Assembly: GCA_964520585.1 (NCBI GenBank)
Contig: CAZFOO010000004.1
Span: 13,839 to 77,838, forward strand
Direction: 5' to 3'
Length of the DNA stretch: 64,000 nt
Source of the DNA: an uncultured Bacteroidales bacterium
GTDB taxonomy: Bacteria > Bacteroidota > Bacteroidia > Bacteroidales > PUMT01
Part shown: positions 47,701 to 56,518 of the stretch, piece after piece
Numbering within the stretch: position 1 is the stretch's first letter
How the letters are laid out: each line of letters begins with the position of its first letter
Position numbers and translations under genes: made by a program
Notes under the pieces: generated by a model
Databases searched by the model: none
The model's input: only the letters and a program-made list of their open reading frames with translations
What the model was told of the DNA's origin: nothing

Positions 47701-49024
47701 CCTTTTTCTCATCGTATCCATCAAAACCTGTTTTTGCGTCATAATTCAAAAGCTTTTCCAGCCGACCGAAAAGATTATTGAGTTCACCCATCATATTGGC
47801 ATATAGAATATGCTTTTTGTTATTATATACTAAGTCATCAGGATTATGATCTTCTCCCGTAAGGTTTTGATACAGCTTTAACAACCGGTTGTAATTTTTA
47901 CCGGAAGTCATAAGGTTATTGATAATTGCCAGAAAATCATAACCTGTTGTACCCTGCACGGGCCAGGTGGCTGGTATTTCCTCTCCACGCTCCAGTATCT
48001 TTTCAACAATAAGATATGTGCTGTTGCCTGCCAGTGCTCTCAGATTATCGAGGTAGCCGCCCGGGTGATATAATCCGTCAATATGATCTACCCTGATGCC
48101 TGTAAGGTATCCTTCTGAAATCAGTTCACTGATTAAGTGATGATGTTTGTCAAATACAAGTCCATCTTCTATATTAATGCAAATAAGGTCATTTATGGTA
48201 AAGAACCGCCTGTAGTTTATCCTGTCAGAAGTATCTTTCCAGTGGCAGAGCTCGTATGTCTGGCTGGAAATGATCTTCTTAAGAAGAGCAGGGTTGCTGT
48301 TTATTCCGGTGAGAATGACACCGGTGAAAGCCATGATGTGGTCATTGGTATTAAAAAGAACATCCAGTTCCTTTTTGATCTCTTCCCAATCTCCGTTAAG
48401 GAATTTAGCATCAGCCTTTTTGTTTGTCAGGTCATATTTTCCCCATATATGTCTGAATTCTTCGGGTGCTGTATCCAGATGAGGCTCGAATAATAATTTG
48501 AAGGAACCGAAATTTGCAGGATAAATATTATCGAAATATTTTATGGCAACGGCTCCCTTGTTCAGGCAGATCTGCAGATCGCGATTCAGTATAGCCTGCT
48601 CCTGATCAGTGCCAAGGAAAGGGGTCATCAATTTTTCATGTCCTTTGTTAACATCAGGTTCTATATCGAATATCTTAAAATGGGGTGAAGCAACTCCCTT
48701 TTCAAGAACATCCATAATCCAGCCGTTACCGGGGTGGTAAGCCATATGATTAGGTACAATATCCTGGATCCATCCAATATTATTATCCTTCAGAGCTTGT
48801 ACAATCCTGACGAAATCTTCGAAAGTACCCAGTTCAGGATTGATCATTCCGGGATCTGTAACGTCATATCCATGGTTGCTGCCTGGCACTGCTGCAAATA
48901 CCGGCGAAGCATAAATACTTCCTGTGCCAAGTAATTTCAGATAATCCAAATATTTCTCCAGATCATTTAAAGTAAATGACTTGCTGAACTGGAACCTGTA
49001 GCTTGAAACGGGATTAAATACCAT
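44747..49024 (-). CDS. treY: fusion protein: malto-oligosyltrehalose synthase (TreY, GH13) + 4-alpha-glucanotransferase (MalQ, GH77)
   Basis: 1425 aa. The N-terminus YRFQFSKSFTLNDLEKYLDYLKLLGTGSIYASPVF is TreY-like. From about residue 925 (near nt 46250), CGLLLHISSLPGKYGIGDFG...YTGTHDNNT is MalQ-like. Confidence 0.8.
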   Translation of the reverse strand: MVFNPVSSYRFQFSKSFTLNDLEKYLDYLKLLGTGSIYASPVFAAVPGSNHGYDVTDPGMINPELGTFEDFVRIVQALKDNNIGWIQDIVPNHMAYHPGNGWIMDVLEKGVASPHFKIFDIEPDVNKGHEKLMTPFLGTDQEQAILNRDLQICLNKGAVAIKYFDNIYPANFGSFKLLFEPHLDTAPEEFRHIWGKYDLTNKKADAKFLNGDWEEIKKELDVLFNTNDHIMAFTGVILTGINSNPALLKKIISSQTYELCHWKDTSDRINYRRFFTINDLICINIEDGLVFDKHHHLISELISEGYLTGIRVDHIDGLYHPGGYLDNLRALAGNSTYLIVEKILERGEEIPATWPVQGTTGYDFLAIINNLMTSGKNYNRLLKLYQNLTGEDHNPDDLVYNNKKHILYANMMGELNNLFGRLEKLLNYDAKTGFDGYDEKKGLSPETMKQALAEFMLAFPVYRIYPGEFPLQGEQRELTVEIFKQAIRRNPGIKNSLSILRDIVLVDKKRDDEFNTLLGNFFMRLLQFTGPLTAKGVEDTSMYQYNCFIAHNEVGDALDARGISVENFHNAMNVRLQNTPLAMNCTATHDTKRGEDVRARLNAISDLAGEWEMMVKTWIEINRDIKKNSNEGGLPAPTLNEEYFIYQTLAGTFPFSEKVDEEYIRRIQDYLIKSLREAKQTSNWDDPDEKHEKGVTEFARSILDSRHLFINSFTSFHRKLVWRGIVNSLVQTVVKCCAPGMPDIYRGTETWDLSLVDPDNRRAVDFNALHDGLLKSIQQWEADPEVTIRDLYSESFDGRIKQLITHLLLRERKNNPDIFRYGDYIPVEPGGKYKDKVFGFIRKHRQQWIMCILPLNSGNMNSTKNGEYFSSVKWKDTFIKTPVGVPEEWKNLLTGKNLSSSEELEVSDLFGGLPVAVLKGKKKTSDRKCGLLLHISSLPGKYGIGDFGEEAFRFVDFLSQNYQTYWQTLPLSPVTRAQSWSPYSSPSAFAGNTTLISPWHLYTVGLINYSDLESAKFRNSSKINHGKASRFREDLLKKAWNKLRKETGHRLYSEFEKFCDRESQWLNDYTLFLAYKEHFGKKEWNRWPAKVKERDEKTLKTAKYEFDDIISQERFNQYIFDRQWRTLKKYANEKGIRIFGDIPYYVSYDSADVWANQDLFNLQEDGKMKTVAGVPPDYFDSNGQLWNMPVYNWQRLKDYGYDWWMKRLARNMEFFDLLRLDHFRAFSAFWEVPAGDKTAINGKWTKGPGVEFFNALKEKFPNMPFVAEDLGDIDQAVYDLRDQFGLPGMQVLQFGFDHNMSTNLHAPHNHNKNSLVYTGTHDNNTLRGWYDRDLGKTGKQRLQDYAGKKIGSSQLHWEMIRMAFASPARTAIIPMQDYMGLGKGARMNTPSTSGGNWTWKIKDLGVPSTMTEKIKKFTVMYNRTM

Positions 49025-49125
49025 AATTGTATTTTAGAGTTTGATTACCGGGTAAAAAAAATAAAGATCTCTGTAAAAAGGTTAAAAAATATCGTGCCGG
49101 ATAGCTGCAGGGAAAAAGCAGTTGC

Positions 49126-51069
49126 CTATTCCCGGAATGGAGATAATATCATGATCGATCGTGGTTCCATATCCACCATACCGTCATGCCCGCCGAGTGA
49201 AGCAAATCCACTCACCGGTCCCCCCCAAAAAGTATGGGCAGAATAAAGAAGAATGGTGCACATAGCAGCGTTCTCATTGGCAACAGGCAATTTCAATGTC
49301 TCCTTTGAAAGGTTCATGATAACTTTTAATTCACTGCAATCAACTTCAGAGTTACCTGGAGCAGCAGCAGAGTTGACATCCTTTAAATGCGGGTGTTCTT
49401 TAATGCTGTTACCGTAAGGCTCATATTCCCGGCTGGCTCCGATCCTTAAAATAATTGCATTACCTTCTCCTGCTTCAACTGCTGCTATATTATCTCTGAT
49501 GCCCGGTTTAAGAGCAGGATGTGTTTTTTTCAGGTGGATCAGTTTTTTATAGAACTCCAGTAGCTTCTCCTTCTTTTCATTACCCTGGAAATCCCATCTT
49601 AGCTTAGATCTGTCAAACGTATCTTCAGATTGTGCGTCGGGAGGTCCTTCGCTACTCATGAATTCACTGAATTCATTTTTCCGCCCTTCCCTTACTGCAT
49701 TAATAAGCTCCTTGTCGCCGTGACTGGTAAAATAGAGAAAAGGGGCATCTTCACCATATTCTTCGCCCATGAACAGCATTGGGATAAAAGGACTGACAAA
49801 CATAGCTCCGGCCATCAGTTTTAGAGATTCAAAATCCACCAGGGAACTCGATCTCTCACCAAGCATTCTGTTACCCACCTGGTCATGGTTCTGTGTAAAA
49901 ACAACAAATCTGTATCCGGGAAATCCAAGTGTTGAACTCCCGAAAGTTCTTTTCCTGTAAGCGGAATACTTCCCGTTATAAACATAAGCTTCATTAAATG
50001 ACTCCACCACATGGGAGGTGGAGCCAAAATCGGAGTAATAACCCTCACGTTCGCCTGTCAGTCTGGCATGCAGTGCATGATGAAATTCATCGCACCACTG
50101 ATTGTCAAGTCCCACCCCTCCTTCATTTAACGGAGTAATGTATTTAACATCATTCAGGTCACATTCACCCACCAGAAAATGCTGTTTCCCGGTGCGCATA
50201 TTCAGGTCTTCCACATATCCTGCCAGTTCAGCAAGAAAATGTACTGTCCCCAGATCTTTTATTGCATGAACGGCATCGATCCTGAGTCCGTCGACACCAA
50301 AATCCCTCAGCCACATCAGGGCATTTTCAATAAAATACCTGCGCACTCCATCGCACCAGGCATCATCGAAATTTATTGCACTGCCCCATGGAGTCTGGTA
50401 TTTATCCGTAAAATATGGTCCGGCAACTGAAAGGTAGTTACCTTCAGGTCCAAGATGGTTGTATACAACATCCAGAATTACTGCGATATTCTTTTTATGG
50501 CAGGCGACAATAAGTTCAGCCAGTCCGGCATAACCACCATAAGAATGTTGCACAGCAAACGGGTATACTCCATCATAACCCCAGTTGCGGGATCCGGGGA
50601 AGGCGTTTACCGGCATCAGTTCGATAGTGTTAATACCCAGACCGGCAAGGTAGTCAAGCTTCCTGATTATGCCTTCAAAGGTTCCTTCCGGTGAAAAGGT
50701 TCCGGTATGAAGCTCGTATATTATAAGATCTTCAGCAGAAATGCCTTTCCAGCCGGATACACTCTGACGGGAATATCGGGTATCTATAACTTCGGAAGGT
50801 GCATGAACTCCATCAGGCTGGGAAAGTGAAGCCGGATCAGGAATTTTCCTGTCATTATTGATTACAACCATGTAGCGGTCCCCGACCCCTACTTCAGGCA
50901 ATACTCCCTCCCAATATCCGTAATCAGTTTTTTCAAGCGGGAAAAATCCTTTACCTGTAATTTCAATACCTGCTTTTTCAGCGAAAGGTGACCATAATAA
51001 CATTCTGGCATTACCTTCCGGAAGAAACGTCATGCCAAGCTCCCTTTTTTCAGTTTTTGCTTTCAGCAT
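49126..51069 (-). CDS. treZ: malto-oligosyltrehalose trehalohydrolase
   Basis: 647 aa, GH13, with GVDGLRIDAVHAI, GECD and QNHDQVGNR, in a TreZ-type arrangement. Confidence 0.8.
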   Translation of the reverse strand: MLKAKTEKRELGMTFLPEGNARMLLWSPFAEKAGIEITGKGFFPLEKTDYGYWEGVLPEVGVGDRYMVVINNDRKIPDPASLSQPDGVHAPSEVIDTRYSRQSVSGWKGISAEDLIIYELHTGTFSPEGTFEGIIRKLDYLAGLGINTIELMPVNAFPGSRNWGYDGVYPFAVQHSYGGYAGLAELIVACHKKNIAVILDVVYNHLGPEGNYLSVAGPYFTDKYQTPWGSAINFDDAWCDGVRRYFIENALMWLRDFGVDGLRIDAVHAIKDLGTVHFLAELAGYVEDLNMRTGKQHFLVGECDLNDVKYITPLNEGGVGLDNQWCDEFHHALHARLTGEREGYYSDFGSTSHVVESFNEAYVYNGKYSAYRKRTFGSSTLGFPGYRFVVFTQNHDQVGNRMLGERSSSLVDFESLKLMAGAMFVSPFIPMLFMGEEYGEDAPFLYFTSHGDKELINAVREGRKNEFSEFMSSEGPPDAQSEDTFDRSKLRWDFQGNEKKEKLLEFYKKLIHLKKTHPALKPGIRDNIAAVEAGEGNAIILRIGASREYEPYGNSIKEHPHLKDVNSAAAPGNSEVDCSELKVIMNLSKETLKLPVANENAAMCTILLYSAHTFWGGPVSGFASLGGHDGMVDMEPRSIMILSPFRE

Positions 51070-51166
51070 TACTAGTAAGTTAGGCTTGCTTTATAAATAT
51101 TCTTGAATTTTAGAGTACAAAAGTCAAGCCATTAAGACTGGTTCTCTATGGTATACTCCAGCAGAA

Positions 51167-53356
51167 CTAACGAACTTTCCTCAATATATAATTTGTCACC
51201 TTCTCTGTAACCGTCTGTTCATTATCCTCTGTTACATGTTTCAGCAGAACAACCGATCTTCCTTCTACATATACTTTATCATTCGCTTTGAATTCATTTA
51301 TTCCCTCCTCTGAAACAAAACCATCGTGTGTATCAATAACCCTTTTCCATGGATTTCCATATTCTTTACCGGGAAGTTTGAATGTCACTCTATCGTGGTT
51401 ACCATTGAACATAAGATAGAAGCTGTCGTCGAATATTTTGTTGCCCAGTTCATCCCTGTGATGTATCCCTTCTCCTGAAAGAAATATTCCAAGCGATTTA
51501 GCGTATGATTTATGCCAGTCCTCCACACTCATGGTTTCCCCTTCCGGAAGGAACCATTCTATATCCTTTACTTTTTTCCCTTTTATTTGTTCGTCTTTGA
51601 ACCATTTGAACCTGCAAAATGCTGGATGGTTAAGCCTGAAATCTATCAGGCCGGATACGAAATTCATGAGATCCTCATCCTTGTTTTCCCAGTCAATCCA
51701 GGTCAATTCATTATCGTGGCAATAGGTATTATTATTACCTTTCTTAGTTCGCCAGAGTTCATCACCTGCAACCAGCATGGGAATGCCCTGCGAAAGAAAA
51801 AGAGTGGAAAGGAAGTTCCTAACCTGCTTTTTTCTCAGGGCAATAATTTTTTTGTCACCGGTTTCCCCTTCCACTCCACAGTTCCATGACCTGTTATGGT
51901 TCTCGCCATCCCTGTTATCCTCTTTATTGGCTTCATTGTGCTTTTCATTATATGAAACAAGATCCCTGAGGGTGAAACCATCATGAGCAGTTATAAAATT
52001 TATACTGGCAACCGGTCTTCGCCAGTCATCCGAATAAAGATCGGAGCTCCCGGTTATTCGGTTGGCAAACTCAGGGAGCATCTCATCTTCACCCCTCCAG
52101 AATTCACGCATGGAATCCCTGTAGCGGCCATTCCATTCCAACCAGCCTGCCGGGAAATTCCCCACCTGATATCCATTCTCCCCGATATCCCATGGCTCGG
52201 CAATCAGCTTGACCTGAGACAATATTGGATCCTGATGAAGAACGTCGAAGAAAGAACCCCATTTATCCACATCGCTAAATTCTCTGGCCAGTGCTGTAGC
52301 CAGGTCGAAGCGGAAACCGTCTACATGCATTTCCAGCACCCAGTAGCGAAGGCTGTCCATAATTAATCTCAGGATAGTAGGGTGAACAGAATTCATCGTA
52401 TTACCGGTACCGGTATAATCCATGTAGAATCTCTTGTCATCCTCTACCAGTCTGTAGAAAGAAGCATTATCAATACCCCGGAAGCTAACCGTTGGCCCCA
52501 TTTGGTTCCCCTCACCCGTATGATTGTAAACAACATCCAGGATAACCTCTATCCCTGCCTTGTGCATCTCTTTAACCATATTCTTGAATTCGATGACCTG
52601 TGACTGACCCTGGTGGCCGGAAGCAGAATAGGCGTAGTGCGGGGCAAAAAAATTAATACTGTTATATCCCCAGTAGTTGGTAAGTCCGTTATCGATCAGG
52701 TGTTTATCGTTAATGAACTGGTGCACCGGCATCAGCTCGATTGCATTTACGCCCAGGAATTTAAGATATTTTATAGTTTCAGGATGTGCCAGACCTGCAT
52801 AGGTGCCTCTTATTTCCTCAGGTATCTTCGGAAAGCGTTTAGTGAAGCCCTTCACATGTAGTTCATAGATCACAGTTTTATTCAGGGGAATTCTAAGCTG
52901 CGTATCCATTTCCCAGTCATATGCTTCATCAATCACTACGCATTTTGGGACAAACGGACTACTGTCAGTTTCGTCAAAGGAAAGATCTTCATCCTCATGA
53001 CCTATTTTATATCCAAACAGTGAATTGTCCCATTCTCCACTACCATTAAGAGCCTTGGCATAAGGATCGATCAGTAATTTGTTGGGATTAAACCGGTGCC
53101 CGTTTCCTGGTTCATAAGGACCGTGAACGCGATAACCGTATAATTGTCCGGGTTTTAATCCCGGAATATATACATGCCAATTGTTGTGGGTCCTTTCTTT
53201 TACTTCTATGCGGTGTGTTTCATTTCCTTCTTCATCGTAAAGGCAAAGATCTACACCACTTGCATTTTCTGAGAAAAGTGAAAAATTTACTCCTTTATAA
53301 TCATATTTTGAGCCCAGGGGATAAGGTTTTCCGGGCCATGGTTCAATTTTATTCAT
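51167..53356 (-). CDS. glgX: glycogen debranching enzyme (GlgX/TreX)
   Basis: GSKYDYKGVNFSLFSENA N-terminus, VDGFRFDLA, EPWD, and NFITAHDGFTL. Start taken at MNKIEPW (53356) because TATATTTG (53377-53370) upstream fits a -7 box. Confidence 0.85.
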   Translation of the reverse strand: MNKIEPWPGKPYPLGSKYDYKGVNFSLFSENASGVDLCLYDEEGNETHRIEVKERTHNNWHVYIPGLKPGQLYGYRVHGPYEPGNGHRFNPNKLLIDPYAKALNGSGEWDNSLFGYKIGHEDEDLSFDETDSSPFVPKCVVIDEAYDWEMDTQLRIPLNKTVIYELHVKGFTKRFPKIPEEIRGTYAGLAHPETIKYLKFLGVNAIELMPVHQFINDKHLIDNGLTNYWGYNSINFFAPHYAYSASGHQGQSQVIEFKNMVKEMHKAGIEVILDVVYNHTGEGNQMGPTVSFRGIDNASFYRLVEDDKRFYMDYTGTGNTMNSVHPTILRLIMDSLRYWVLEMHVDGFRFDLATALAREFSDVDKWGSFFDVLHQDPILSQVKLIAEPWDIGENGYQVGNFPAGWLEWNGRYRDSMREFWRGEDEMLPEFANRITGSSDLYSDDWRRPVASINFITAHDGFTLRDLVSYNEKHNEANKEDNRDGENHNRSWNCGVEGETGDKKIIALRKKQVRNFLSTLFLSQGIPMLVAGDELWRTKKGNNNTYCHDNELTWIDWENKDEDLMNFVSGLIDFRLNHPAFCRFKWFKDEQIKGKKVKDIEWFLPEGETMSVEDWHKSYAKSLGIFLSGEGIHHRDELGNKIFDDSFYLMFNGNHDRVTFKLPGKEYGNPWKRVIDTHDGFVSEEGINEFKANDKVYVEGRSVVLLKHVTEDNEQTVTEKVTNYILRKVR

Positions 53357-53391
53357 AAATAAATTTTTACAAATATACATTAAATTTTTTC

Positions 53392-53507
53392 AGTCAAAAT
53401 AAGCAGAGACGGATGAAAAAATTTAATGTTAAAGTGCAGCGGTTCCTCCTGTAAGTCAAGATTTTGTAATTTATTGACGAAATTTTGACTTCTTGTTTTT
53501 TACAGGA
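53392..53507 (+). repeat. intergenic repeat family R2, copy D (best preserved; sRNA-like)
   Basis: GAGACGGATGAAAAAATTTAATG..GCAGCGGTTCCTCCTGTAAG, then hairpin AAGTCAAGATTT/AAATTTTGACTT followed by CTTGTTTTTT. Confidence 0.75.
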
Positions 53508-53536
53508 TAAATAACCATTAAATTGTTGCAGGTTGC

Positions 53537-54193
53537 TTACATCCCTGGCTGGGGTGGCAGTACTGTTTCCACATAGTCATCAAACTCTTCAATTACCGCT
53601 TCTGATATTGCCACGCTGAAAGAATCCAGGTCATCCGGGACTCTTGATGTGATAAGATTATCATCTATTACCAGTTCCTCATCCCTGTACTCAGCACCGG
53701 CTTCTTCAATTTCTTCCTTTATGCTGCTTACACCTGTAATAGTCCTTCCTTCTAAAACATCTGCCGTTACAAGTACCTGTGGTCCGTGACAAATTGCTGC
53801 AGTAATTTTACCGTCTTCAAAGAATTCGGTCACAAAATCTACAATATCTGCATCTTCTCTTAGCACTGAAGGAGCTTTGCCCCCGGGTATTATCAAAGCC
53901 TCAAACTCATCTCTTGAAACGTCATTTACCGTACGTTCTATACCTATGGTAAAATCACTGTTATATGCAGTTACCGGTCCTATTTCAGGCCCTATTACAG
54001 TAACATCAATGCCCTGATTCGTAAGATATCCGTATGGCATGTAGGCTTCTCCATCATGAAACCCTTCTGCAACCAGTATGGCTACATGAGGTCTTCTATC
54101 TATTGTAAGTTCTTCAGCTGGATCCTGGGGGCACCCCGAAAGGATTAACATCATACCCACCAATGGAATTATTCTTAGCATTAATTTCTTCAT
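53537..54193 (-). CDS. DJ-1/PfpI family lipoprotein
   Basis: Lipobox LILSGC and AICHGPQVL nucleophile elbow. An alternative upstream ATG lies at 54220. Confidence 0.75.
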   Translation of the reverse strand: MKKLMLRIIPLVGMMLILSGCPQDPAEELTIDRRPHVAILVAEGFHDGEAYMPYGYLTNQGIDVTVIGPEIGPVTAYNSDFTIGIERTVNDVSRDEFEALIIPGGKAPSVLREDADIVDFVTEFFEDGKITAAICHGPQVLVTADVLEGRTITGVSSIKEEIEEAGAEYRDEELVIDDNLITSRVPDDLDSFSVAISEAVIEEFDDYVETVLPPQPGM

Positions 54194-54839
54194 GGTATTT
54201 GGTTTTATGGTTATAGACATTTTATTTTTAATATATATTTAGTTACGGTACTTCTTATTCTGGTAATGAAAAAACTATGCCATTAGGCAGCATTGCAACA
54301 TCTTTAAAATTTTAAATTCAGCCTGAGGCATTATGCTGACTGAAATAGTGTTTTTCCTGGTAAACCTGACGGGGATTGATAATGTCATGGCTGGTGTTTT
54401 GTTAGTCCGTTATAAATTTCTTGTTCACAGCAGGCATGTGATAATTAATTATGATGGGATAATATTTTTTTGTGGAATTATTCTACAATCCTTGTCATAT
54501 GTTCTACATAATAAACCGGATTAATCTAAAAAAACAACTACGGCATTGCTGGTATGAAAACACCTCTGAAATATATTTTCCGCTTTGATCATTACAGCTT
54601 CATTGTATTTGAGGCTTGGCAATGTCAATAGTATTCTCTGCATATGCCTGGCTTTTATAATTAATATATCTGCATAAGTTTATATTTTTAATGTAATATA
54701 ATTTAACTTTGTTGGAAATAGTTGACTTTCAAAGTTCAATTATGATTGAGTTATTTGATAAACCTAGCAGTCCTGCAGTTTCATACTGTGTCAAAAAAGA
54801 GGACCCTGAGAATTACATAATCTATTTTCACAAGAAGTG

Positions 54840-55814
54840 ATGCTAATAAAAAGGATAAGGTCGTTATTTAATCCTGAGAATTTTCAGGGTTGGGGAAAAA
54901 GACATAGTTATTTTGAGGGATGGTATTTCAAGGTGCTGAGCCAAAATGAAGCTCATGCTTTTGCCATTATCCCGGGAGTTGCAATGGATGATTCCGGCTC
55001 CCGCCACTCTTTTATCCAGGTACTTGATGGAAGAAAAAAAACTGCTGAATATTATAAATTTGATTATGAGAGTTTTTCTGCTTCGGGGGACAGGTTTCTT
55101 GTTTCTGTCGGCAACAATCATTTTTCAGGAGATTCTCTATCTCTTGATCTTAACCGCCTTAAAGGGAAGCTTTTTTTTACCGGCAACATATCATGGCCAA
55201 AACCATGGTATTCCCCCGGAATAATGGGGCCTTATTCCTTTGTTCCGTTTATGGAATGTTATCATGGGATTGTAAGCATGGATCATTCAATCTCAGGAAC
55301 ACTGGCCTGCAATGGCGAAACTGTCGAATTTGACGGTGGAAGAGGATATATAGAGAAGGATTGGGGCAGCTCTTTTCCGGAAGGCTACATCTGGTTTCAG
55401 TCAAATCATTTTGACGTACCGGGGATTTCCATAAAAACTTCTGTTGCAAAAATTCCATGGCTAAGAAGTTCTTTCGTGGGCTTTATCTCGGGGATATGGC
55501 TCAATAACAAGCTGATAAGCTTTACTACTTATAATGGTTCAGTATTGAAGTTAGTCAGAGCGAATACCGATAAGATTGAAGTCGTAATTGAAAATAGAAG
55601 ATATCGTATAGAGATTGCCGTTGAGCGTGACTCTGCAACAGCTCTGGCTTCTCCCTTAAAAGGGCATATGGAAGGAAGGATTGAAGAAAGCATGTCATCA
55701 GATATTGAGGTGTACCTGACGGACCGGCGTTCAGCTCAAACCATTTTCTCCGGCCGCGGACGTAATGTTGCACTTGAAGCAGCAGGAAGATTGGATGAAA
55801 TTTTAACCGGTTAA
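54840..55814 (+). CDS. tocopherol cyclase-like family protein (tentative)
   Basis: HSYFEGWYFKV near the N-terminus resembles the tocopherol cyclase family signature. 324 aa. Confidence 0.4.
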   Translation: MLIKRIRSLFNPENFQGWGKRHSYFEGWYFKVLSQNEAHAFAIIPGVAMDDSGSRHSFIQVLDGRKKTAEYYKFDYESFSASGDRFLVSVGNNHFSGDSLSLDLNRLKGKLFFTGNISWPKPWYSPGIMGPYSFVPFMECYHGIVSMDHSISGTLACNGETVEFDGGRGYIEKDWGSSFPEGYIWFQSNHFDVPGISIKTSVAKIPWLRSSFVGFISGIWLNNKLISFTTYNGSVLKLVRANTDKIEVVIENRRYRIEIAVERDSATALASPLKGHMEGRIEESMSSDIEVYLTDRRSAQTIFSGRGRNVALEAAGRLDEILTG

Positions 55815-55873
55815 AATGATTTAAAACAATAAAAATATTTGCCCAGATAAATAACAAACAACTCTATCAAATC

Positions 55874-56434
55874 ATGGCAAGGAACCCTTCAGATTTTACC
55901 GGTTACAAGAGTGGAATTCACATGTTTTTTGAGAGGAATGCCAGTCCCCGTAATCTTTTAGTATTATTTGTTATCATTCTAATATTTAATTTTTTTCTTT
56001 TCCCCGTTTTGATGCCTTCGGGAGAAGAAGAAGCACCGCTGGATATAATGTTTACCTATGATTCAGAAAAGGCTTATGATATGATAGAATTGTATGGTGA
56101 GGAAGGAAGGCGGTCTTATATCAGGGGACTGGCATTTCTTGATTTTATTTATCCCGTTGTTTATTCGCTGTTTCTTGGGTTTATCATATTTAAGATTTAT
56201 AAACGTCCCCTTCCTGCCCTTATTCCTCTGTCAATTCTTGTTTCCGACTATCTTGAAAATACAGGTATTATAATAATGCTGATCTCATGGCCTTCGCGGT
56301 TGTTTGTTCTTGCATGGCTTACAAGCCTTATGACAAGCATAAAATGGGTGCTAACCGGGATATCCGTTCTTGCTATAGTTCTTGGATTACTCAGCAGGTT
56401 GAGGATTAAAAATACTGCCGTTATTTTATTATGA
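55874..56434 (+). CDS. hypothetical membrane protein
   Basis: 186 aa with 4-5 predicted TM segments. No recognisable family. Confidence 0.4.
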   Translation: MARNPSDFTGYKSGIHMFFERNASPRNLLVLFVIILIFNFFLFPVLMPSGEEEAPLDIMFTYDSEKAYDMIELYGEEGRRSYIRGLAFLDFIYPVVYSLFLGFIIFKIYKRPLPALIPLSILVSDYLENTGIIIMLISWPSRLFVLAWLTSLMTSIKWVLTGISVLAIVLGLLSRLRIKNTAVILL

Positions 56435-56518
56435 ACACCCGCCAAACAGGCTAATGGCTTTGGTATACCCGGCGGGCATAGGCATCTTTTTAATCATGTA
56501 AGCATGGGTGGGCGCATA

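Noticed and set aside
53370-53377. TATATTTG -7 box on the minus strand, inside the first codons of the longer glgX ORF.
   Set aside because: It was used only as an argument for choosing the 53356 start. It is not reported as a separate promoter feature because the distance to the ATG (13 nt) is very short and there is no supporting -33 element.
54333-54524. 63-aa ORF in the 620-nt gap between the DJ-1 gene and the cyclase-like gene.
   Set aside because: It has no motif and an unremarkable hydrophobic composition, with nothing to support it from sequence alone. The gap itself stays unexplained.
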